A DNA stretch of 59,294 nucleotides, taken from NCBI GenBank assembly GCA_964465575.1, contig CAYXIF010000003.1, forward strand, positions 52,296 through 111,589. Reading direction: 5' to 3'. This document shows positions 17,962 through 28,240 of the stretch, piece by piece. The translations under genes were made by a program, and so were the position numbers. The DNA comes from an uncultured Candidatus Bathyarchaeia archaeon (lineage in GTDB: Archaea > Thermoproteota > Bathyarchaeia > Bathyarchaeales > DTEX01). How positions within the stretch are numbered: position 1 is the stretch's first letter; each line of letters starts with the position of its first letter. The notes beneath the pieces are model-generated. The model searched no databases and was not told the origin of the DNA. It worked only from the letters and a program-made list of their open reading frames with translations.

Positions 17962-19094
17962 AGGAACCAGCGGAAGAGAAGCCTGTAGAGCCTGTGTTCC
18001 AGAATGTGAAGAGGTTTAGCTCTGCCAAAGACTCGGAAATAGCTGCCGCCCATAGCCTCGATCATGTCACCTATGTCATACCTCGGAAACATGCAAGTGG
18101 AAACAATTAACCGGCCCCATTCTCCTCTCTTGAGTTCGTAAAGCATCCTCACCCCTTTCCCTGTCTCAACCTCAAAGAGGTACTTGTCGTAGTTAGGCGT
18201 GACATACGGCAAGTCGTCCAGCTGCTGCGCAAAAACGCCTTCTGTCGCGCTGTAGATCTCGACCACTGGCACTTCACCGAAATACCTTCTGAGCCTAGGC
18301 CCATATCTGTACTGGATCTTTCGTACGCTCGTGCAGAAAAGAGCCCGAGTGCTCCAGAGCTCTCTTGGTGTCTTTCCGTGTCTTCGCTTCACGTATCTGG
18401 CGAATGAAAGGATGACTGGGGCAACGCCCATAGCTGCGGCAACGTTCTCGTTCAATGCCCTCTCATAGACCTTCTCAAACCGTGCCTCCCAATCCGGCGT
18501 GGTGATTCCAGGTCCCAGATCATCGATCTCTTCCTGCAGCGGGATGAGGCTTGCTTGGCCCAAAGATGGAAAGAACTTGGCGTAGCTACCTGAACTGTAA
18601 CCATAGCTCACTTCCTGATCGGCTATGCGTACAGTAGATACTCTTGCAGGGAAGTTCAGGTTAAGTATCTTTCCACGCAACAGCTCAGGATCCTTTTTCC
18701 TTGTAGCATAGTTAAGGAAGGCACGTGCTCCACAGGCTAGGATCTGTTGAAGATGCGTTTGTGTGGCGGGAAGTGTCTTCGGTGTTCCAGTTGATCCGCG
18801 CGTCATGACCCAGCATGCGGGAGGCTCATGCAGAAGAGCTTCAAAGTCGCCACTCTTCACTCTATCAAGATGCTCAGTGAGGTCCTTATATTCGATCTTT
18901 GGAAAGCTCTTCCTAAAGTCTTCAATTGTCCTGATTTCTGAAGCCGAGTGCTCTCTCCCATATCTTGTGCCTGAGTACATCTTTATCAGATCCAACAGAA
19001 CTTGTCTTTGAGCGTCTGCTGGATTGGCTAGGCTCTTGTACCAGGGCTCAAGTATCACGGTGGCAAGGCTTTCAGTTGCAGTTGCAGGCTGCAT
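17958..19094 (-). CDS. GH3-family (acyl-acid amido synthetase-like, ANL adenylation) protein
   Basis: YSGTRYGREH, FRKSFPKIEY, MTRGSTGTPKTLP P-loop, IYSATEG, RYDIGD. Confidence 0.8.
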   Translation of the reverse strand: MQPATATESLATVILEPWYKSLANPADAQRQVLLDLIKMYSGTRYGREHSASEIRTIEDFRKSFPKIEYKDLTEHLDRVKSGDFEALLHEPPACWVMTRGSTGTPKTLPATQTHLQQILACGARAFLNYATRKKDPELLRGKILNLNFPARVSTVRIADQEVSYGYSSGSYAKFFPSLGQASLIPLQEEIDDLGPGITTPDWEARFEKVYERALNENVAAAMGVAPVILSFARYVKRRHGKTPRELWSTRALFCTSVRKIQYRYGPRLRRYFGEVPVVEIYSATEGVFAQQLDDLPYVTPNYDKYLFEVETGKGVRMLYELKRGEWGRLIVSTCMFPRYDIGDMIEAMGGSYFRVFGRAKPLHILEHRLYRLLFRWFL

Positions 19095-19520
19095 AGTATA
19101 CTAAAGAAACCATCGGCAGCTAGATAAGTTGTGCGGATCAAGGTTGACTGGCGAAGCAGTGAGCATCCTCAATGATTCTCAGTTTCTCTTGCTTGCTGGA
19201 AAAAAGACCGCAAATATAGGGTTCGTATAGGCCAGCCGAAAAGATGACCATAATGCTAAGCCTTAGCAAAGAAGCAATCTAGCTTACTCCTCGATCATAC
19301 GGCATCTGTAATCTGCCCTTTCCAAGGAACTAGAGCGAAGACTAAAGATCAAAGGAATTCTTCCCACATGATTTAGAACGCATATGCCTAGGAAGTTGAC
19401 TGACTCTAGGCACCGCAACCGTTTTTCGTGACGCCAGAAATTCAACCGTGGTTCCGTCTACATAGGGTTCAGTTGGACGATTCAAAATAAAGATACTGCG
19501 TCGAGCGCCGCGGAAACTGA

Positions 19521-19841
19521 TCACAAGCGCCCAAGACGGGATAGAACTCTATAGATGATGTAAAGGCCTATGGCTATCAGTATGATTGGTCCCATGTTGA
19601 TGGAGATCCTGAAGATGATCTCTAGGAGCTGAATCACACCCCACAAGAGAACTAGCAGGCCAATGAAGAGCCAGAAGTATCCGCCAGCTCGAGCCGGACC
19701 GAAACACATGTCCCGCTCAGACTTCTCGTGTTTCTCATACTTCTCTTCTCTCGCTCTAACCGGATACAGTGATGCTCCACACTGAACACAGAACCGAGCG
19801 TCTTCCTTGTTATCAGTGCCACACTTTGTGCAGCGAACCAT
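19521..19841 (-). CDS. Zinc-ribbon membrane protein (two TM helices)
   Basis: CTKCG...RFCVQCG, EKYEKHEK, MCFG, two TM segments. Confidence 0.85.
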   Translation of the reverse strand: MVRCTKCGTDNKEDARFCVQCGASLYPVRAREEKYEKHEKSERDMCFGPARAGGYFWLFIGLLVLLWGVIQLLEIIFRISINMGPIILIAIGLYIIYRVLSRLGRL

Positions 19842-20007
19842 GACGTGTTGCCTCCTGCGGTTAATGTTCAAGGAGAGCTTCTTAAGGCTTTCTTCGCACC
19901 ATATTCAAGCATCATGAACAAAAGAACTGCTTTCTGAGTAATGCTTTTATATAGTCAGAATCGCATGAATCTCGAATAGGAGAATCCTGATAGAGGCGTC
20001 CAGAAAA

Positions 20008-20556
20008 TTGTCCTGCCCAAAATGCGGAGAGCAACTAGACACTGATATGAAGTATTGCCCAAAGTGCGGCACAGCCACGGGCCTCGGTGCCCCTAGACCT
20101 GTCCTGTCTAGGGTTCGCGAAAGGCGAGCTCCTAAGCCACCAGAAATACTTGGCGTGGTTTCAGCGGGTGTTGTCCTTATTCTCTTGGCAGCGGCGTATA
20201 TTCGGTACCCAATTGAACCTTCTGTGATAGCTGACTATTTCCAGAGCATGGCTAAACAACAGCAGTTCCTTAAGCCACCGCAAGCTCTTCTTGAAGATGC
20301 CTTCTTCTTCTTTAACGCTTGTGGCCTATGGGGGATCTTCCTTTCCGTCTTGAGAATAGTCCTTGAAAGGCGTCCTGAAACGGCCTTGGGAGACCTTGTT
20401 GGAGGGATGTCCTGCTTCTACGTCGCGTTTCTGCTCAACAGCTATGCCAATGATGTTTTCACATCTAGGACAACGTTGGCTTACTTGGTCATGGGCATCG
20501 GTGTGTTCGTCATAGTCTCCGCTTTGATTCATGCTGCTTTCAGGGAGAGAAGGTAG
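20008..20556 (+). CDS. Zinc-ribbon multi-pass membrane protein
   Basis: CPKCG...KYCPKCG followed by four hydrophobic segments. Confidence 0.8.
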   Translation: MSCPKCGEQLDTDMKYCPKCGTATGLGAPRPVLSRVRERRAPKPPEILGVVSAGVVLILLAAAYIRYPIEPSVIADYFQSMAKQQQFLKPPQALLEDAFFFFNACGLWGIFLSVLRIVLERRPETALGDLVGGMSCFYVAFLLNSYANDVFTSRTTLAYLVMGIGVFVIVSALIHAAFRERR

Positions 20557-20771
20557 TCGAAGCGCGTAGGGCCCCTTGCTTAACACATGGCTGCCCTATA
20601 ACGGTCATATGGGTTAATATGAAGAAGGAGCCAAACTTGAAGAAACGGTTCGGACACACCTATTTACGCTATAGGCATATGACACCCTTCTTGTTCCCGT
20701 GCCGGAAGCCATTGGTTCTGGGAGTGCTTGGATTTCCGATAGGGGTATGGCAAGGTGGAAGGGGCAGCGAA

Positions 20772-21512
20772 ATGGCTCGGCTGGGTCTGGTTTCGTGCGT
20801 CTACCTGAGTATTTCGTTGCTCGGCTTGTTTCTTGCCGCTATGCTTGCGTACAGTCCAGTTCCGATCACTGAGGTCGCCCTGCAGAAGCAGCTGACAGGA
20901 GCAATCTTCGGAGCAATCTGCGTGTTGGGCATACTCGCCGGCTTCTCCCCTTTGAGATGCTCACGCATATTCAACTTCAGAAGGCGTAGCGAAGCCTCGT
21001 TCATGACAGATCAAATCGACAGCAAAGGAGAAACCCTAACATTCAATGGCCATCATCCTACTTGCGGAATGTTTCGCTCTCACGTAATCCGTCTGGGCGC
21101 CAGAATGCACTGTGCAGGCTGCACTGGGCTGGTTACAGGCGCGGTCATCGCTCTCGCTGGATGTTTTGTCAGCTTTTTCCTTGGCTGGAGTGTCGAAGGA
21201 TTTGGTGTGGTAGCTTTCTGGCTGGGTTTTCTCGCAACCGTATGCGGGTTGCTCCAATACAACCTTCCTTTCAGCGGAGGCGTTATCCACCTTATTCTGA
21301 ATCTTGTATTCGTCTTGGGCCCGACTTTTCTTCTGATTGGGCTTGATACATTGAAAAGTAACCTTGTGCTAAACGCGTACTTGCTGGCTTTGACTGCATA
21401 CTGGATAATGGCAAGGACGATATTGTCTTGGATTGAGCACAGGAAGACATGCACTGCTTGCAGCAAGGAAACCTGCCGTTACTCTTTCAGCCAGAAAGGT
21501 CTCAACGTCTAG
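20772..21512 (+). CDS. Membrane protein with His/Cys-rich putative metal site
   Basis: GHHPTCGMFRSH...HCAGC between TM segments; C-terminal HRKTCTACSKETC. Start MARLG chosen. Confidence 0.7.
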   Translation: MARLGLVSCVYLSISLLGLFLAAMLAYSPVPITEVALQKQLTGAIFGAICVLGILAGFSPLRCSRIFNFRRRSEASFMTDQIDSKGETLTFNGHHPTCGMFRSHVIRLGARMHCAGCTGLVTGAVIALAGCFVSFFLGWSVEGFGVVAFWLGFLATVCGLLQYNLPFSGGVIHLILNLVFVLGPTFLLIGLDTLKSNLVLNAYLLALTAYWIMARTILSWIEHRKTCTACSKETCRYSFSQKGLNV

Positions 21513-21831
21513 GTCTTCGGCTAAGTCCATATATGGCTCCTGCGATGATCAAGATCCCAAGAATGACTATTGCCATGGGCCATATCATGTTCCCGATGTC
21601 CAGTCCAAGGAATATAGATATGCCGATCAGGACTATGAATATGCCGAAGACTACACCCACGATTGCGCCGCCATATGGCAGCCCGAAGCATTCCTCTCCC
21701 TCTGTCTGTGGGCCAAAACAGTCTTCACCCGCTCGTTTCTTTCGTTTCTCTGCAGAAAGAGATGCCCCGCAATTCACACAGAACCTAGCTGCGTCTTCGT
21801 TTAGTGCTCCGCACTTGGCACAGCTGACCAT
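21502..21831 (-). CDS. Zinc-ribbon membrane protein, paralog of 19521-19841
   Basis: CAKCG...RFCVNCGASL, DCFG/ECFG, two TM segments. Confidence 0.85.
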   Translation of the reverse strand: MVSCAKCGALNEDAARFCVNCGASLSAEKRKKRAGEDCFGPQTEGEECFGLPYGGAIVGVVFGIFIVLIGISIFLGLDIGNMIWPMAIVILGILIIAGAIYGLSRRPRR

Positions 21832-21928
21832 AGCCGCTACCTCTACATGAAGCATAAAACGGTTTATTCTTTTATGTTTTTGTGCATTACCGTCCCAGTG
21901 ACAGAACAGAAGTGATCTGGAAGGAGTC

Positions 21929-23074
21929 TTACTTCATGAACTTACTCCGTGCGGCTTCTGAACCAGCGCCTCTCTTAGAACGGTAGCCTTGCCTCGCTAA
22001 GGCGCATTCCAAGGCGTTGACCGTGAGTAAGGTTTCAGTCTCTGATATGATGCCCATGCAGCCTATGCGGAACGTCTGATCCCTAAGTTTGCCCGCTCCT
22101 CCTGAAATCACAACACCATAGTCTTCGCTCATGATCTTCCTGACAGCCTCATTGTCTACACCATGAGGCTTCCTGAAGGCTATGACAGTGCTTGAACGCA
22201 CCGTTCTGTCGGGTAATGGCTCAAGACCCAAAGCTTCGATAGCAGCATAGAACGCTTCCGCGCAGATTCTGTGCCTTCTAAAACGGTTTTCAAGCCCTTC
22301 TTCCCGCGCCATCTTAAGTGCTTCGTCCAAGGCGAAGAACAGGGGCAAAGCCGGGGTGAAGGGAGTTTCCTTCCTTTCGCTGAACCTCCGCATTTCCAGC
22401 ATGTCAAAGTAGAATGGCCTTTCCGTTCTTTCTGCTGCTTCCCAAGCTTTCTGGCTGACAGAGAAAAGTGCCAAGCCAGGTGGGCACGCGATACATTTCT
22501 GGCTTGCCGTGACGCAGATGTCGATACCCCACTTGTCAACTGGAAGCTCGTCTCCACCGAGGATTGAGACAGCGTCAACGAGCAAAAGCATGTCGTGCTC
22601 TTTGGCTATTTCACCGATCTTAGGCAGGTCGCGCACAGTGACCCCCGTAGAAGTCTCATTGTAAACCAAAGCTATGGCTTTCGCTTCTGCTTCCCTTTCC
22701 ACCGCCTCTTTCATCTGGTTCGCGGTTGGAGCCTCGCCCCACTCCAGACGTATCTCGACTGGTTTGCCGCCTCTGCGGGCGATGGCCTCTTTCATTCTTT
22801 CACTGAAAAGCCCGAAGACTGGGACAATGACTTTGTCGCCCGCATTCACAGTGTTACCAACAACACATTCAACTCCTCCGGTACCGGAGACAGTTAGAAC
22901 GTAAACGTCACCCTCAGTCTGGAAAATGTACCTCATGTTCTCGGCCAGAGACTCATACAGGATTCTGAACTCTGGGCTTCTGTGGTCGATCACCGGCTTG
23001 ACCATAGCCCTCATAACGCGGTCCGGAACATTCGTCGGACCTGGAACCATGATCAGTTTCCTTCTTTCTGCCAA
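21929..23074 (-). CDS. Class V PLP aminotransferase (alanine-glyoxylate/serine-pyruvate type)
   Basis: MVPGPT, SGTGG, YNETSTGV, VDAVS, TASQKC, TFRIGCMG. Confidence 0.93.
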   Translation of the reverse strand: MAERRKLIMVPGPTNVPDRVMRAMVKPVIDHRSPEFRILYESLAENMRYIFQTEGDVYVLTVSGTGGVECVVGNTVNAGDKVIVPVFGLFSERMKEAIARRGGKPVEIRLEWGEAPTANQMKEAVEREAEAKAIALVYNETSTGVTVRDLPKIGEIAKEHDMLLLVDAVSILGGDELPVDKWGIDICVTASQKCIACPPGLALFSVSQKAWEAAERTERPFYFDMLEMRRFSERKETPFTPALPLFFALDEALKMAREEGLENRFRRHRICAEAFYAAIEALGLEPLPDRTVRSSTVIAFRKPHGVDNEAVRKIMSEDYGVVISGGAGKLRDQTFRIGCMGIISETETLLTVNALECALARQGYRSKRGAGSEAARSKFMK

Positions 23075-23163
23075 GCCAATACCAGCTAATCTAGGACACA
23101 AAGGTTCGGGTTTGCCCTAGGTTATATTCAGCTTCGGCAATTAATCCTTAACGGTGCATGGTA

Positions 23164-23979
23164 ATGAGCAATCTGCAGATCATAACCTTGCTCTCTGATT
23201 TCGGTTTGTTCGATCCTTACGTGGCCGAGATGAAGGCTGTCATACTATCGATCTGTCCTAATGCAAGAGTTGTGGACATAAGCCACGACATAAGAAAGTT
23301 TGATGTGCGAATGGGAGCCTTCATTCTGGCTCAAGCCGCCCCCTATTTCCCAAAAGGAACAGTTCATGTGGCTGTTGTTGATCCAGGCGTTGGAACGAAG
23401 CGCCGCGCTGTTATCATCAAGACCGAACACAGCCTCTATGTTGGACCTGACAACGGGCTTCTGGTGCTCTCCGCCCAAAGGGAAGGAATAAGCCATGTCT
23501 ACGAGATCACCAATCCGAAGTATATGCTTAGAGAGGTTTCCAGAACGTTTCACGGGCGCGACGTATTCTGTTCAGTTGCTGCTCACTTGGCCAACGGTAT
23601 TTCGCCCTCTGAGCTTGGTCCAAAGGTTAATGACCTCGTGACGAAGAGCTACGCCAGACCCTACATCGAGAAGGCAAAGATACGAGGTGGAGTCCTCCAC
23701 GTAGACGGCTTCGGCAACATCCTCACGAACATCAGCTTGCAGGACCTTGTGGCAATAGGAGTCAAAGAAGGAAACGGCCTGCTCCTAAGGCTTAAGGGAA
23801 GAGACTTGGCGCTCCGGCTCTGCTTAGCCTACGGGGAGGCCCCGCAAGGCTCACCGCTTGTCATAGTCGGGAGCACGGGCTTTCTAGAGGTCTCAGTGAA
23901 CCAAGGAAATGCCTCCAAGTTTCTTGGTGCCGAGCTTGGGGACGAAGTGATTATCGGAGCATCCCAGTCGCCCTCCTGA
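23164..23979 (+). CDS. SAM hydroxide adenosyltransferase (DUF62, chlorinase/fluorinase family)
   Basis: ITLLSDFG, VVDPGVGT, GPDNGL, TFHGRDVF, VDGFGN, GFLEVSVNQG. Confidence 0.93.
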   Translation: MSNLQIITLLSDFGLFDPYVAEMKAVILSICPNARVVDISHDIRKFDVRMGAFILAQAAPYFPKGTVHVAVVDPGVGTKRRAVIIKTEHSLYVGPDNGLLVLSAQREGISHVYEITNPKYMLREVSRTFHGRDVFCSVAAHLANGISPSELGPKVNDLVTKSYARPYIEKAKIRGGVLHVDGFGNILTNISLQDLVAIGVKEGNGLLLRLKGRDLALRLCLAYGEAPQGSPLVIVGSTGFLEVSVNQGNASKFLGAELGDEVIIGASQSPS

Positions 23980-24064
23980 ACGTTGGACTGGCTGGATGCT
24001 CCGTCTCTTAACTTTATTAGGTTCAAGCAAGATAACAGATGGCTAGAGACTCGGAAGTGGAAGG

Positions 24065-24880
24065 ATGTTCAAGTTAGGCGTGATTACCGATGAGATATCT
24101 CAGGATGTGGAGCGAGCCGCAGCTGTCTCCAAGGAGATGGGCTTGGACTGCATCGAGCTGCGTGGATGCTGGGGCAAGAACATCAAGGACCTAACAAACG
24201 CTGAGGTTCAAAGAATAAAGAAGATCGCCAAGGCTGCCGAATTACAGGTCATCTGCTTGGCCTCACCCTTTTTCAAGTGCACAATCGCTAACGAAGCCGA
24301 GGTCAAAGAACATCTTGACTTCCTTCCTAGACTGGCTGAGATGACAAAACTCTTTGACGCTGATATCATAAGGGGATTCGCCTTCTGGTCAACAGAGAAC
24401 CCCGCTCAACACTGGGAAAAGGCAATCATGAAGCTCCGCGAAGCCGCAGACATCTGTGAAGATGAAGGGATCATGCTAGCTCTTGAGAATGAACACGCGA
24501 CCCTAGTCGGTACTGGGAGAGAAGCTAGAATGGCCGTTGATGCTGTTGGTTCAAAAAGCCTGAGGATAGTCTGGGACCCGGGAAACGCCTTCTGTGCAGG
24601 AGAGATCCCCTGCCCAGAGGGGTACCTTCAAGTGCGAGGAGACACAGTTCATGTGCATGTGAAAGACGCTGTACGCGATATGGCCACTGGAAAGATCAGG
24701 TTTGTTGCAGTCGGAACAGGTGAGATAGACTACAGAAGTCAGTTCAAGGCATTAAGAGAGGATGGGTACGAAGGATGTGTGTCCATTGAGACTCATTATC
24801 GAATCCAAAACGACGGTGAGAAAAGCACAAGAGAAACATGTGCAAGCCTCAGAGGGCTCTTGAAGACGCTGAATCTTTGA
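24065..24880 (+). CDS. Sugar phosphate isomerase/epimerase (TIM barrel)
   Basis: LGVITDEISQD, LALENE, WDPGNA, HVHVKD, SIETH. Confidence 0.88.
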   Translation: MFKLGVITDEISQDVERAAAVSKEMGLDCIELRGCWGKNIKDLTNAEVQRIKKIAKAAELQVICLASPFFKCTIANEAEVKEHLDFLPRLAEMTKLFDADIIRGFAFWSTENPAQHWEKAIMKLREAADICEDEGIMLALENEHATLVGTGREARMAVDAVGSKSLRIVWDPGNAFCAGEIPCPEGYLQVRGDTVHVHVKDAVRDMATGKIRFVAVGTGEIDYRSQFKALREDGYEGCVSIETHYRIQNDGEKSTRETCASLRGLLKTLNL

Positions 24881-25364
24881 CAGATGCCAAACTAGGATTC
24901 GCGGCATCACCATGTTCCACTAGAGACTCGAACAGGTGATAGCCCGCAATTCTTTCATATGCCTCAGAACCATTCCGATATTTCTTTCGCAGATTCCGTA
25001 AGTTCCGCTTCTCTTCGGTCTCCTTCTCGAGACCCGTGTTTCCGCGGCAATATACACTACGTGCGCTGCTTTCTGCCCGGCATCTTCGGAAAAAGGCTTA
25101 AAGCATCTGGCTAGCAGATAGTGCAATGTAGGTTGGGAAAACCAGATTGCCGGCATTTCTGGAGAGTACCTACGTTAGGTTCGAGTTCCCAGGCGACGGA
25201 TCCTATCAAGCGGTTGATGAGGTATCAAGCGTGCCTCGCCGTTCAAGCCCCTTGGCCAAGCGTTTGGGTTCAGCAACTACCGAGGTGAGCGGGCAGCTTG
25301 TTCATCTATCACTAGACAAGTATGAAGTGTCAAGGAGAGAGCTGCAGGAGGTTTGGCTTGGATG

Positions 25365-26078
25365 TCTATGTCCGAGACTTTGATGCCGTTCCTTAAGAAA
25401 GAGGAACAGGCAAATCAGCCGACGATCATAGTGGATAGCAGGGAGGCAAATGCGGTTCCTAAGATCATCAAGAGCCTGAAGGAGAAGGGCGCCAATATCA
25501 GGGTTGAGCTCCTCGACAAGGGCGACTACGTGATCTCCGACGAATGCGCGTTTGAAAGGAAGACGGTGCAGGACTTCGTTTATACACTAACTCGCCGCTA
25601 CCTTTTCGACCAGCTCTTCCTTCTGAAAGAAGCCTATCCGAAACCATTCATTCTGATCGAGGGATACTTTCCGATCATCTACAAGTTCAGCCGCATAAAC
25701 CCTTCAGCCGTCTGGGGAGCCATGTTCGCCCTCGCAAAACAGGGGATAAATATGATCCACACGACTACTCAGAACGAGACCGTCGACTTCCTTTACACAT
25801 CAGCCAAACAGGAACAGATCGTGGAGAAACGGGTACCGGCAGTGCACCCAGTGAAAAGGACTGGGACCCTAGCCGAAGCTCAAATCTTCTTTCTAGCAAG
25901 CCTTCCCAATATAGGCAGAGAGAAAGCTAAGAGCCTGCTCGAATCATACGAGACGCCTTTCAACGCGCTCGTCAGCTTGGACCGTTGGGCCAAAGACGTT
26001 TATGGTTTGGGACCAAAGATCACGGAGAAAGCGGGAGAGGTTCTGCACACGCCGTATTCTGAGACGAAGGGCAGGTGA
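25365..26078 (+). CDS. xpf: Standalone ERCC4/XPF nuclease with HhH domain
   Basis: IIVDSRE, GDYVIS, ERKTVQDF nuclease motif; LPNIGREKAKSLL HhH. Start approximate. Confidence 0.85.
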   Translation, partial: SMSETLMPFLKKEEQANQPTIIVDSREANAVPKIIKSLKEKGANIRVELLDKGDYVISDECAFERKTVQDFVYTLTRRYLFDQLFLLKEAYPKPFILIEGYFPIIYKFSRINPSAVWGAMFALAKQGINMIHTTTQNETVDFLYTSAKQEQIVEKRVPAVHPVKRTGTLAEAQIFFLASLPNIGREKAKSLLESYETPFNALVSLDRWAKDVYGLGPKITEKAGEVLHTPYSETKGR

Positions 26079-26102
26079 GAAGGCAAATGGGAGAAAGAGA
26101 CC

Positions 26103-27554
26103 TTAGCCCTTTATCACAGCTAATGGAACCAGTCTTGCGACGTGCGTGGCGATCCCGAGAGCATCACTGACCTTCGCGACCTTCTCAACATTCTTGTAGG
26201 CTGGGTCTGCTTCTTCAGCCAAGACCACAGCGCTCTCTGACCTGACGACGATTCCTCTGCTTTCCAAGGATTTCTTGATGTCGCCGCCCCAGAAGCGCTT
26301 CTTCGCAGCCGCTCGGCTCATCATCCTCCCTGCTCCGTGGGCGGTTGACCCGAAAGACAGCTCCATAGCCTTCGAAGTGCCAACAAGCACGTGTGAACTC
26401 GTTCCCATTGAGCCTGGGATCAAGACAGGTTGCCCCAAGCCCCGGTACTCCGCCGGTACAGCTAAGTGACCAGGCGGGAAGGCTCTGGTCGCGCCCTTTC
26501 TGTGAATCCAGACTTTTGCGCGTTTGTCGCCGACATCGTGCTCCTCGATCTTAGCGATGTTGTGGGCTACATCATATGTCAGATTCAACCCCATCTTGTC
26601 CGCGGGCGTCTCAAAAATCTGTTCGAAGCTCTGTCGAACCCAATGCATGATGACATGACGGTTCACAAAGGCATAGTTCACTGCGCATGACATAGCTTTG
26701 AAGTAGTCTTGCCCTTCGTCACTTGGTCCAGGAGCGCACGCCAACTCTCGGTCAGGCAAGGCTATCTTGTACTTGTGAACTGCCCTCTCGGCGACGCGTA
26801 TGTAGTCTGAGCATATCTGGTGACCATATCCACGTGATCCACAGTGGATCATAACAGCGACTTGGCCTTCATGTGTTATGCCGAAAGCTTTGGCAACCTC
26901 TCCGTTGTAGATCCTATCGACTTTCTGGATCTCAAGAAAGTGGTTTCCTGAACCGAGCGTTCCAATCTGAGTCACGCCACGGTTCTTTGCAGTGCTTGAA
27001 ACCTTGTCCGGATCAGCGAGTTCCATGTGCCCTCCCTCTTCGCAGTGTTCAGTATCCTCCAGCCACCCATACCCCTGTTCGACCATTCGTGGCACACCTT
27101 CAACGACGATCCTGTTGAGTTCATGATCTGATATTCGAAGATCCTTTCTTCGGCTACCTAACCCGCAAGGAACATTTCTGAAGATCATGTCAGCTAGCTC
27201 ACGCAGTTTAGGTCTCACATCCATCTCTGAGAAGTTCGTCGTCAGCAACCGTACGCCACAGTTTATGTCGTAGCCTACTCCCCCGGGGCTTATGACGCCT
27301 TCGTCGTAGTCAGTGGCTGCAACGCCTCCGATTGGGAACCCGTAGCCCTCGTGCCCATCAGGTAAGGTAATGGCGTACTTGTAGATGCCTGGCAGATGTG
27401 TGACGTTCGCGCATTGCTCCAGAGTTCGATCAGTCTTCATCTTTTCAAGAAGATCTTCGTCTGTTAGAATAATGCCGGGAACCCTCATGCCCTGCTTGAA
27501 CTTTGTTGGGATGCGCCAAACGTACTTGTCTACTCTCTCAAGTGGGACACTCAT
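26103..27554 (-). CDS. rtcB: RNA-splicing ligase RtcB
   Basis: LPDGHEGYGFPIGG, GYDINCGVR, GSGNHFLE, HCGSRG, HRKGATRA, STAHGAGR. 483 aa from MSVPLE. Confidence 0.97.
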   Translation of the reverse strand: MSVPLERVDKYVWRIPTKFKQGMRVPGIILTDEDLLEKMKTDRTLEQCANVTHLPGIYKYAITLPDGHEGYGFPIGGVAATDYDEGVISPGGVGYDINCGVRLLTTNFSEMDVRPKLRELADMIFRNVPCGLGSRRKDLRISDHELNRIVVEGVPRMVEQGYGWLEDTEHCEEGGHMELADPDKVSSTAKNRGVTQIGTLGSGNHFLEIQKVDRIYNGEVAKAFGITHEGQVAVMIHCGSRGYGHQICSDYIRVAERAVHKYKIALPDRELACAPGPSDEGQDYFKAMSCAVNYAFVNRHVIMHWVRQSFEQIFETPADKMGLNLTYDVAHNIAKIEEHDVGDKRAKVWIHRKGATRAFPPGHLAVPAEYRGLGQPVLIPGSMGTSSHVLVGTSKAMELSFGSTAHGAGRMMSRAAAKKRFWGGDIKKSLESRGIVVRSESAVVLAEEADPAYKNVEKVAKVSDALGIATHVARLVPLAVIKG

Positions 27555-27685
27555 TTCTCTCTTCACCACACCAAACATTAGTGGGGGCCTAATATAAACT
27601 GTTTTGGCGTCGACACCAATAAATACTTTAACCCTAGCCGACATAATATGGGACAGAAAAGCAGAAGGTGAGCTGAAAGCCTCAA

Positions 27686-28168
27686 GTGAATGATATGCTT
27701 GTAAAGGTCTCCCGAAGGTTAACCCTTGAAGAGGTAGAAAAGCGAACAAAGGAGCTTGAGAAAACATACGAGATGACCTTTGACGAGTTCGAAGAGCAGC
27801 TCTTAACGGCTCGAAAGATGAAAGAAGAGTACATAGACGCCTATTTCAGATGGGCCAGGCTAGTGCACGCGCACCGGGGCTATGAAGAAGGAGGCGAACT
27901 CCACTGCATAGTAGAGGAACTGCGCGACCTTAGCTCAAAGGAGCTGAGGGCTTTCACGCCTAAGCGCTTGGAGCTACTTTGCGCTTTGGCTGATTTCAGA
28001 GTTGAGTCGATAAACGAGCTGGCGCGCAAGGTTCGCAGAGATGTCAAGAACGTGCATCAAGACCTTCAGGTTCTCTCAAGACTTGGCATTGTGAGAACGA
28101 CAAGGAAGCGAGGCAAGAAAATTGTCCCCGAAGTTCTTGTCGAAGAAGTAACCTTCGTAGCAAAGTAG
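27686..28168 (+). CDS. HTH transcriptional regulator/antitoxin-like protein (HVO_A0114-type C-terminal domain)
   Basis: FTPKRLELL...SINELARKVRRDVKNVHQDLQVL; N-terminal ELEKTYEMTFDEFE helix. Confidence 0.75.
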   Translation: MNDMLVKVSRRLTLEEVEKRTKELEKTYEMTFDEFEEQLLTARKMKEEYIDAYFRWARLVHAHRGYEEGGELHCIVEELRDLSSKELRAFTPKRLELLCALADFRVESINELARKVRRDVKNVHQDLQVLSRLGIVRTTRKRGKKIVPEVLVEEVTFVAK

Positions 28169-28240
28169 TAGGCGTGATCTGGCCCTGATCGGCAATCTGG
28201 GGCAGGACGGTGAGCAAGATAGTGAACAACTACAAGGCGA

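Noticed and set aside
24877-25383. Short ORFs between the TIM-barrel gene and xpf
   Set aside because: Competing frames without recognisable motifs; the most protein-like frame lacks a start codon.
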